Positions 54,901 to 64,000 of a stretch of 64,000 bases of DNA are shown one piece after another. The DNA comes from Eledone cirrhosa (taxonomy: Eukaryota): positions 202,554,001 to 202,618,000 of the forward strand of contig OZ024743.1 in the NCBI GenBank assembly GCA_964016885.1. Direction: 5' to 3'. Every line of letters begins with the position of its first letter. Position 1 is the stretch's first letter. The position numbers were made by a program, and so were the translations under genes. The notes below the pieces were generated by a model that worked only from the letters and a program-made list of their open reading frames with translations, was not told where the DNA came from and searched no databases.

Positions 54901-55631
54901 GGAATGCTAATGGCTGCGCAGGAGCAGGCCCTCAAAACGAAGTGGTTGAAGCACCATATCTACAAGGAGGAGGCTAGCCCACTGTGCAGGATCTGTGGAG
55001 AGAGAGAGGAGACTGTGGCCCACATTGTGTCCGAGTGTAAACACCTAGCCCAGACCCACTATAAGGGCTGGAGACACGATGTGATGGGCAGGGTGATCCA
55101 CTGGCACATGTGCAAAGTAAACAATCTACCACATTCTGAGAAATGGTATGAGCATAGGCCAGAGGCGGTGATGGAGAACAGTCAGGTGAAGGTGCTGTGG
55201 GATTTTAGGATACAGACGGACAAAAAACTGGAACACAATAGACCTGACCTGGTGGTTGTGGACAAAGAAAAAAGATCGTGCCTGATTGTGGATGTGGCCT
55301 GCCCGTTCGACACGAGAGTGCAAGAGAAGGAGAGGGAGAAAATTAACCGATACCAGGACCTAAAGTGGGAGGTAAAAAGGATTTGGAACTGCCATGAAGT
55401 CAAAGTGATCCCGATTGTCATAGGCGCACTGGGGACTATCTCCAAAGGTTTCCAGGGATGGTTAAAGAAAATCGGCCCCTTCACGCTTTTTGGAACGCTT
55501 CAAAAGGCATGCTTGCTTGGAACGGCAAGAACCCTCCGATACGTCCTGAATATCTGAGGCTGCAGGTAGTGGCTTGATATTCAATCCAACGGACTTTCCA
55601 GTTAACCAACATCAATGACTGAGATTCAAGG
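51921..55631 (+). mobile_element. Dong family B full-length intact element
   Basis: 5'UTR matches 17001-17242; intact ORF; 3'UTR and (AAT)n tail. Confidence 0.96.
52165..55557 (+). CDS. R4/Dong retrotransposon protein, 1130 aa (putative Myb-like N-terminus, RT, CCHC knuckle, RLE endonuclease)
   Basis: Uninterrupted ORF with [69 protein letters not shown]. Confidence 0.96.
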   Translation: METRTSCDRLSPNRCPLAQQQEPDCQPNTADVGGRRRRKGARTNWTKELNRTVMQCYLKSNPKERGYRRRMHNIWNEIGLFKLDEQKLAGQARVIRTNGWISELELEELSRENGLEMAGVVCQTSEPAGNEGEEVLRTEEPPEADNDLNTEINNTWNRDTATEEMNADGLGQDSVDILNLVVDELNNDSGRPMNLRFVDRKKLKETTAKVNKVIPYLEARSLHQCNNILKATANTVRKLLGIKARGNNRQERAEPWWKKRLSGQIGEMRNDIGKLESLLNGTLKNIGTKNRLEIKYKTRSKKLNIIIEELKQRIVAKSAKIRRYENRVSQYKQNRMFDNNQKMLFGQLEGKERGNDLIPGAEQAKTFWRGIWEQDVRHNAQAGWIETVQREIGEQAQQQTDLSITVETLKGQAKNLTNWKSLGPDGVQGYWIKHLTSLHPKLTAMFNDCLVSGEVPEWLTKGTTVLIMKDRSKGNDVTNYRPITCLPVMWKLLTSIVSEEIYHHLHTNNSLPDEQKGCQKKSRGTKDQLLIDKMVMGNCRRRHTDLAMGWIDYRKAFDMVPHSWITKSLEIFRVADNIRQLLDRSMGSWETELTSTGVSLGSVKIKRGIFQGDSLSPLLFVLALMPLTIMLRKVRAGYKLGRGELTINHLLFMDDLKLFGKSEKELDVLVDTVRIFSSDICMQFGIGKCGVIVMRRGRLSRSNGIQIPTGEMIKEIDSEEGYKYLGVLEADGIKNKKMKELLRTEYIRRVRSVLKSHLNSRNAISAVNSRTVSIIRYSAGILRWNVAEQKEMDRKTRKLLTIYNMFHKRSDVDRLYLRRSEGGRGLISIEDCVQMEKNNLYKYVTYSKEPMLRAVLKEGTVGQGISKEEITSRRKSSLKGKSLHSTFFEKTEFRDPQTWNWLRRGDLKKATEGMLMAAQEQALKTKWLKHHIYKEEASPLCRICGEREETVAHIVSECKHLAQTHYKGWRHDVMGRVIHWHMCKVNNLPHSEKWYEHRPEAVMENSQVKVLWDFRIQTDKKLEHNRPDLVVVDKEKRSCLIVDVACPFDTRVQEKEREKINRYQDLKWEVKRIWNCHEVKVIPIVIGALGTISKGFQGWLKKIGPFTLFGTLQKACLLGTARTLRYVLNI

Positions 55632-55643
55632 AATAACAATAAC

Positions 55644-55678
<35 letters not shown>

Positions 55679-55682
55679 TAAT

Positions 55683-57490
55683 TGTGGAAATTTTCAGGGT
55701 GACTCTTTATCACCGCTTTTATTCTGCATCGCACTTATACCATTAAGTAAAATGCTCAATGAAACAAAACATGGATATAAAGTCTATGTCAAAACCATTA
55801 ATCACTTGTTCTACATGGATGACCTAAAACTATTTGCAAAAAATGATGACCAATTGCAAGAGCTATTATCCACTGTAGAGCAGTTCAGTGATGACAATAA
55901 AGTGGAGTTTGGACTAGATAAATGCGCCAAAGTCACGTTCACCAGAGGAAAGCTGCTGAAAAGTTCAGACATTAATCTTGATCGGAGGAATGTGATAAGA
56001 GAACTTGATCAAGAGGAAACTTACAAATATTTAGGTGTTTGTGAAGGAGACGGAATCAAACACTCGACAATGAGGGAAATGATAAGGAAGGAATGTTACT
56101 GCAGAGTAAGAGAAATCTTAAGAACGGAATTGAATGCAAGTAATAGGATCGATGACATAAACACGCTTGCCATACCAGTAGTAACCTACAGTTACAATGT
56201 CAAGCACAGATATCCGTAGGCTCGATACAAAAATTATAAAATTCTTAACCATGCACAGTATGCATCACCCTAAGCAGATACAGATAGAATATATCTCCCT
56301 AGCAAAGAAGGAGGACGTGGGTTAATCCAGTTAGATATTGTGTTGAAAACTGCAACAATTGGATTATCTACATATCTAAGGGAATCAGATGATTGGATGA
56401 TCAAACTCGTTTTGAAACACGAAAGCATCAAAAGATCATACTCCATTACAAAAGATGCACAAAGATACAGTAATGGACTACAAATTCCAGAAGTCCCATT
56501 TACTGCTGAAATGGAAAACACAGAAAAAGCAAAGCGTTAAAAGTAACTGCAAAGAAAGAACTACTCCAGAAACTGGCTAAGAAATGGCAAGAAAAGCCTC
56601 TGTATCGAAAATACCCAGAAAGAGCTAACAATCCTGATGTTGACAAAACTTTAACCCATCAGTGGTTGGCATTCTCTGGACTGAAATCAGAGGTTGAAGG
56701 ACTGGTTATATCAGCACAAGATCAGTGTCTGCCAACCAAAAATTACCAAGCCAACATAATAAAAGATGGATGCAACCCATTATGCCGTGAATGTAAAAAA
56801 CAACCACAGACCATTGATCATATAATTTCAATGTGCAGTCCTATAGCTCCAACCGAATACCTAAACAGGCATGACAGATCTGGACAATACATACATTGGA
56901 TAATGTGTAAGCATTTTGACCTGCCCCATCAAAAGAATTGGTGGGAGCATCAACCACCTCCCATACTTGAAAAAGATCACATCTCAATCTTGTGGAACTT
57001 TAGCTTCCAAACAGACCAAAATATAGATGCAAATAGACCTGATATAATATTGAAGGACTTTAAAAAGAGGGTATGCTTGCTAATTGATTTGTCCGTTCCA
57101 ATAGATAAGAATGTATCTATAAAAACATTTGAAAAATTGGGCAAGCATAAGGACCTGGAGATAGAAATTGGAAAAATGTGGAAATTGAGAACTAAAACAA
57201 TACCAGTGGTTGTAGGCGCTCTAGGAATGATACCTAAGGGGTCTAATGATTACTTATCGCAAATCTCAGGAAACCCGTGTATAGGAGAAATACAAAAGAT
57301 AGTACTAATGGGAACTGCCCATATACTAAGGAAGATTCTGTGAATATAAGTACATCACAGGTCTAAACACCTAGAGATGCATGTGTATGCATGTTCTTTC
57401 TTGAACATGGCGGACCTTGTTGTTTCTTGAGGTCACTGGTTGTGACTTGGTGATAATTCGTGTGAACATAAAGCAAGATAAATGCAACTA
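55683..57490 (+). mobile_element. Dong family A, 5'-truncated and degraded
   Basis: ORFs 55752-56219, 56340-56540 and 56666-57343 match the protein at 382-2214; (AAT)n on both sides. Confidence 0.92.
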
Positions 57491-57510
57491 TAATAATAAT
57501 AATAATAATA

Positions 57511-58010
57511 TTGGGTGTGGTTGTCTTTAAGACTCTAGATATAAGATGAAAGTGACGTTATATTCCTTCGTAAAGGGTTAAGAAAAGAAAGGGTGTGCAT
57601 GTAAAGACGCTGCTTGAATTAATTGGCGGTTAACCCTATGTAGGCCCTATGGGACGTGGGTGTTTCAACATTACATTTGTAGACAATGTTACAGGAGAGG
57701 CATTTCCCGGATAGGGGCAGTCAACCCGATTCCTACAACTACAGTTAGTACTAGCTACAGTGTTTCACGTGTTCCTACAGCTAGGTAATTTAGCTAAATT
57801 TGAAGCAGTGATGTTATGTACAAGGTTAGGAATCGTAGAGTAAGAACTTTTAATGGTATTTTTATTAAAAATGTTATCATATATATGTGCTGGGGGTAAA
57901 TGCTTCTTAATAAGGGAGAGAAAGATCTTAGCTAATGCTGTGGCCACCTCCATATTATATAGTGGGTTATACCATATAATATGTCGGGATCTATTTTTCG
58001 AAGGTCTATG
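57511..58010 (-). pseudogene. Penelope-like element remnant (RT thumb/linker and GIY-YIG endonuclease; Naiad-like motifs)
   Basis: Manual minus-strand translation gives IIWYNPLY..KIFLSLIKKHLP..IFNKNTIKSSYS and PLSGKCLSCNIVYKCNV..AYIGLTAN*FKQR..HTLSF..TSLSSYI. Confidence 0.75.
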
Positions 58011-58011
58011 C

Positions 58012-58598
58012 TCATACTCAGTATATGCCAGGCTTTGCTCTTCTTCTCAACCACATCATCATCCGTATTCCCAATCTTTGCTCCCAAATACAGGAAGTCC
58101 TCAACCAATTCTAGCGGCTCCCCGCCTACATTAGTGATCCTCTCTGGCTTCTCAAAATTCTCTACCAGATATTTTGTTTTAGTCTCATTCATTCTGAGCC
58201 CCACACTCATCGACACAGTCTCAACCCCCTGCGTCAAATCCTCTGCCTCCTTCACTGTATTTATCACCAAAACTATGTCGTCGGTAAAATCAGCATCCGA
58301 TATCTTTTTCGCCTTAAGTCTCTTGCATAATGGTGGAGTCTCTGCTGCTGTACGGGTCTTAGACTGAGGTTAGCTGGACATGCTCATCGGCATCCATAGT
58401 TGACATTGCACTCAGTGCTCCTGTGGGAACCCCTACATAGACACACTAGAAGACGAAGACCAAGGTTAACGTATGTTGATGCCCTAAGGACAGACAGTGG
58501 TCTGTTGGAGACGCAGGACATGGCAGCGATAATGAGGGACAGAGACCGATGGAGAGATCTCGACCATGGATCATCTCGGGAAATTTTACCAGCCCTAG
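58012..58598. mobile_element. RTE-like LINE fragment with 5' inversion (RT piece on minus ~58012-58360; 3' end on plus ~58360-58598)
   Basis: Minus: DFTDDIVL..VGLRMNETKTKYL..EDFLYLG. Plus: RLRLAGHAHRH..LLWEP..RPRLTYVD..MRDRDRWR. Confidence 0.75.
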
Positions 58599-58813
58599 AT
58601 ATATATATATACATACATATATATATATATGTATGTGGGTGTGTGAGTGTGTCTATACATAACAACATTTACAGTAGAAATGGCTTCTACAGAACTAAAA
58701 CTGTTTCATTCGTATGAAATCATCAGGAATGCCTATTACACTTCTCTGTTCATACTCTCCTTATGTATTTAGTATCTTATGTACTGTGGTTACTCCTAAT
58801 TTCACTCGGGATC

Positions 58814-58849
<36 letters not shown>

Positions 58850-59971
58850 TTAGTTAGTATTAGTTATACTATTTATGGTTATGTAAATACAAAATCTTAA
58901 GCAGTTGTAAGTATTTTACACACACCCTAAATAGTGGTAGACAGTATTGTATTACTACCTTATTACCAGTAAGTTAAGTAGCTCAATGTAAAAACATCAG
59001 ATGATTTACAGAGCAGTTATATGAAATATAAGAATCAAAGAACTGTTCAAAACATTATTGTGCTTACAGCTGTTTCCTCCAAACCGAGGTTTGGATTCTT
59101 CGGAGCAATTTATTAATGCATGGACAGTTATATGACCTCCTTTTCAGCCGAGAGACATACCAATACATATTCAAACATTGTGGGTCAACATTCATTACAG
59201 AATTTAGAGTGGCAGTACACACTTCGAGATTACATTTATATTAATAGGTACAATCAAAAATCAAAGATATAGGTTAAAATACAACATGAAGATGAGCGGT
59301 TATATAGTGCAAATGTTATATGTGTGGCACGCATGTGCGTCTTGTTTATATAGTGTGGCAGAGAGATATGTGTGGTAGAGGCACTTAGGTAGGTAAATAA
59401 GAGTGTTAGGTTGGTAGATCTGGTGGCAAATTCTTTATATGATTGATATAGTCTGTGTGTGTAGAAATATTATAAGCATTAAAGATAGTGCAAGCATTAA
59501 AAGTGTTATAAGTAATGGAGATACACAGCGCAGGGATGTCAAGTATTTCCTGTACTTCGGCATTTTCATGGTCAGGGGAGTATATTTTTCGATTATATGC
59601 CCTTCACATAATCCACGACAATCCAGTTAGAGATCGTAGTCTGGTGTTCTTTAGTTCGATACAGGAGGTTGTTACGTTTCTAGAAACGCCATTGAATACC
59701 GCCCGGAAGTGTGTGTGTGGCTAAGCGGAGTTAATGCATGCGGGGAGGTAACTCTGGGGTTTCTGTATCTAGTCATTAAAATGTGTCCCAATATAGACCC
59801 TAAATTCTATGGATATTTCATATTTCATATATATATATATATTTATTTATTAAAATAACAGATTAAAGTTTAATCAAAGAATCGCTGCTTTCACCCTTAA
59901 CGGGATCTTCTGAAACTAACTAAGTCAATCTGTAAACGCAGAACTGGATATTTCAAAAAACGTTACAACCG

Positions 59972-60029
<58 letters not shown>

Positions 60030-60569
60030 TGTGTGTACGTGTGTGTGTGTTGTATGTGTATGCTGTGCGTTTGTTATGTATTTCATAAAATATTTGTGTA
60101 ACTCGATAAAGCTGTACGTATAAGTAGAATTCTCTCCACTATTTATTTGTCCCTGTCGAGCTTCACAAGTGTATCTATGATTTCTCTAACAGTTATTACA
60201 TTTTTATACGCTGGTAAAATTTGAATTGAAAATGTAAGAGGACGTGATTAAATAATCGACCAAATTTTAGTATTGATAGCTTTTTACTTAACTAATTAAT
60301 ATAGTATTGTGTGAAAAACGATGTTAGTATTTAAAAGCTTTGAACACGCAAATCTCTACTTAACTGAATTTATAATCAAATACTATGACACCTATGTTTC
60401 TGCGAACCTGTCTCCTAACAAATATATTCCACGGTGAATTTTAGTTTCAAACGCACAGCTTCATCGCATTTTACGACGGTGCTTACGAAATAAAACACTC
60501 ACATACTCACGTACATACACACAGGTATATATATGTACAATTACACACACATACACACACACACCCCTC

Positions 60570-60618
<49 letters not shown>

Positions 60619-60619
60619 T

Positions 60620-60687
<68 letters not shown>

Positions 60688-61011
60688 AGTATTTATTGAT
60701 ATATAAAATAGTTTTATGAAAGCCAGTATTATGTAAATTAGGAATAAATGCTAAATAGCAGATTCAAATGAAGAAGGGCAACTCTAGTCTACGTGTTTGC
60801 CTGATAAATCATGATAAATTTGGGTTAAAAAATCTTTTTCAAAAACGCACCAGAATCTAATGAATGTGCTAGTGATATGGTTCGAATTAAAGCACACAGC
60901 AATTCGAGTGCTTCGTCATGCATGAAATTCACCATCGAAGATACCAAACGAGACAACAGAATCTTAAGAATGAAAGAGGTGATACTCTGCAATAGCTTAA
61001 TGCAGATGTTA

Positions 61012-62565
61012 CACCGTGTAACATATTTTTTGTTCCCCGGTTCTAAGTGTCATTTACTGGTTTGTTATATCCCATTATTATAAAAAATAACACTATTATT
61101 TAATCAGAATGTTGGGTTTGTGGTCAGGAGTTTGATATTTCGAAATTTTCATATTTTTCAAGAAAAAAACATTTTTTTTTTACATTTATCAGTTCATATA
61201 ATTAAATCAACAGAGTATATATTTATTTTATTACACAAGCTTATCAAAAGCAAACAAGTAAAAACGAATAACACTTATACACGTTAGAAATGACTGCATT
61301 TTCTGGATTTGCGGTTGTAGTCCAAGTTGCATTCCCGCACTAGCCCCAGATATAGTCCCCCATCACGTTTTCATTGTAGTGGCCCTGGTACCTCCGCTCT
61401 ATCTCGTTCATACCTTGGTGGAATCGTTTGTCTTGTTCTTCTGAGTAGGCGCCCATATTTCCTTGGATTCTTCCAGGTGAGCGTCCAGCATATGGAGTTT
61501 AAGCGACATCCTGCATCCCATGGCGCCAAAAGCCTTTGTCACATCCTGCACCAGTTGCTGGTAGTTTTCAGCTCTGTAGTTGCCCAGGAAGCACTTAACA
61601 ACTGCCTTGAAACAGTTCCATGCTGTTCGCTCAATCCTATTGATCTTATTGGAGAACTCGGTAGGCTCAAACACCTTCTTTGTCTAAAGTCCAACAAAAA
61701 ATCCACCTTTGATTTGGGTCTCAGATAACTTGGGAAGAACTCAAGAAGGTACTTAAAAGCGGCTGATTCTTGGTTGAGAGCCTTCACAAACTGCTTCATC
61801 AACCCAAACTTAATGTGCAGTGGCGGCATGAGCACAATCCTGGGATAAACCAGTGGCTCCCACAGGACGTTCCGTGTCCCAACTACAAATTCTGTTCGTT
61901 GCTCCCAGTTCTTTCTTTTGTAGTGGCAGAGGTGGCTCTGCTGTTCCAAAGGTAGAGAAAGCATTGGAATTTGATAAAGCCTCCTTGGAGTATAAGCAGA
62001 AACGCCACCATCTTGAAGTCTCCAATGTTTTCCCAATTGTACTGGTTGTATTGCAGAGCGTCTTAGAGGACTTTCACACTAGTAATCTTCCTTTAGGCAG
62101 GCTGAATGAGCTAGGGGCAGTGTCGGGAACTTGTTACCATTGTGGAGAAGGACAGCCTTCAAATTTGTGGTGGAGCTGTCTATAAATAGCCTCCACTCTT
62201 TGGGCAGAAACGGCACCCAAATAATGTCAAACAGTCCATTAAATCTCTTTAATCCACCTTTTAACAATGTTATACTTTATTGCACTTTTATAATTTTCTT
62301 TAGGTATTACTCTTTATTTTCAAATTTTAATTTAACCTGAAACATATATAAACAAATTATTTAACATAAGCAAATTAAATTTACAGACAGTGTAACATCC
62401 AACATACAAATAATTCTAGTGAATAGCTTAGAATTTTTACAAACCCAAACATTTAACTGTTTAATAGCACTTTTTTTTTTATTTATTTGGGACCTAAGCA
62501 ACACAAAAAAGTGATTACAATCCAGGAACAGAGAAAATATTTTTTTTTTTTTTTGTTACACGGTG
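61012..62565 (-). mobile_element. Chapaev3-type (CMC superfamily) DNA transposon, defective
   Basis: TIRs CACCGTGTAACA / TGTTACACGGTG with TTA TSD (61009-61011, 62566-62568); transposase motifs LFIDSS..KAVLLHNGN, PPLHIKFGLMKQFVKAL, FLGN..MSLKLH. Confidence 0.85.
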
Positions 62566-62580
62566 TTATTAGAACATGTG

Positions 62581-62739
62581 CGGTGGATTCGCAGTATCGG
62601 TAGAGGGTCAGCATATTTGCATCACTTTACGGTCTGAGTTCAAATCCCGTCGAGGTTTCATCCTTACGGTGTCGATGGAATAAAGCACCATTAATGCATT
62701 GGGATAATTGCTGGCTTTGTGCCAAAAGTAGAAACAATT
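62581..62739 (+). mobile_element. SINE with small internal deletions
   Basis: GGTGGATTCGCAGTATCGGTAGAGGGTC head, GAGTTCAAATCC, family tail TTGTGCCAAAAGTAGAAACAATT. Confidence 0.8.
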
Positions 62740-64000
62740 ATGAAAACATTTGCATTTCACCAGCCATCTTTATTCATATATTTCCTCAAAGAAGCCCATC
62801 GGACCATAAACATTATACTCCATTTTGTTTTTCTCTTTGGGAAAAGGGATTTTAATTATGAAATATCAATAAATATGAGGTAGAAATGTGAAATTTTGTC
62901 TTATTTATTGCCCTTTTTTTTCAATATTTTGTATCTAACTTGCATATGTTTCTTTGTATGTGTGTGAGTGTGCGAATGGCTTCTGGGCAATTTATGCTTC
63001 GCAAATTCATTTACATGTCATTTGTTCACACAAATTTCTGGTGGATGACACTTGCTTAATGTGTTGTGTAGATGGATTAAACTCAGCCCTGTGGATGCAT
63101 ATTAACTTTCTGAAATACGACACGATGATTAATCATAGAGTTTGAAAAAATTCAGAATAGGATTTAAAATTAGAAGAATACGGTTAGTTATATCAGGTTT
63201 AAAATATATTATATTCTCATATGGAATACTGAAAAGAAGTATATAATTAACATTGGCCTCTTTTGTGTAAGCAAATTTATGTATATATATATGCAGGAAT
63301 ATGCATATATATATGCAAAACTATGTAAGCATGAGTCATTATATACAAGTTTATGAAGATATATGCGAGTATTTAAAGACATGGTAACATGTATTCATTA
63401 ATATATAGAATAATGAACATTTGTATCTAAATATACATAAAATGTTTGGGCAAATAGGATGTTTCATATGATATAGATTATAACATATAACATTTCGTTT
63501 TCAGTGACACAAATTTATTCATGAAATGCAAAGAAATTCATGCGCTTGAGATACAATATTTTCGTCAGTGTTAACAGGTGTAAGATATGCATATTACGTT
63601 AATATTATATACAAATAAACCTATACACGTTTGTATGTATATATATATATACATATTTCTCTTAATTACCTGTATACAAACAGAGAGAGGGGTGTGAAGG
63701 GAACATAAATATTCCAGTAGCATATTCATAAGCAATGAGTTGTCATGATTACATAACCAATTCCTTTTCATAGGCGGTACCAGATGAAAGAATGACAACA
63801 TTGAAGTGTGTGGGATTTGAGACTGGCTTGTAAAGAGCAGAATCAAATACCACAGACGCTCTAACATTTCTACCAATCCATTACATTAATAAGAACATTG
63901 GCAATGACAATAATAGTAATAGTATTCCTTTCTCTATTACATACAAGGTATCACACAGAAAATACAAGAAACACTATAAGGTGTAGGCTAAAATACGCGT

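Noticed and set aside
63571-63876. 101-aa ORF with a possible splice donor (host exon?)
   Set aside because: No recognisable domain or acceptor; unsupported without RNA data

Overview
AT-rich, microsatellite-dense animal genomic DNA made almost entirely of mobile elements. No host gene can be supported. A coleoid cephalopod or octopus origin is inferred from the SINE family and repeat landscape, not proven. (1) Two mirror-oriented arrays of about 16 kb (198-17309 and 41958-57510) are built by repeated insertion into (TAA)n microsatellites. They contain two R4/Dong-clade RLE retrotransposon families (A and B; one intact 1130-aa copy at 52165-55557) and a Tx1/L1-clade element that sits in the opposite polarity. 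(2) Between the arrays, several non-coding head-to-head palindromic elements lie in (TA)n tracts and carry Penelope-type minimal hammerhead ribozymes. Two use a non-canonical U3-A8 core. In one (37131-37918) the palindrome axis falls at the predicted self-cleavage site and defines a 539-nt unit. (3) Also present: an RTE LINE with three C-terminal C2H2 fingers, an inverted RTE fragment, Penelope-like GIY-YIG remnants, two Tc1 elements, a Chapaev3-type DNA transposon and many SINEs. Other notable points: an identical TGG>TAG stop in two diverged Dong copies, a Tx1-like leader fused to the intact Dong copy, and divergent ORF1 modules on near-identical Tx1 ORF2s.
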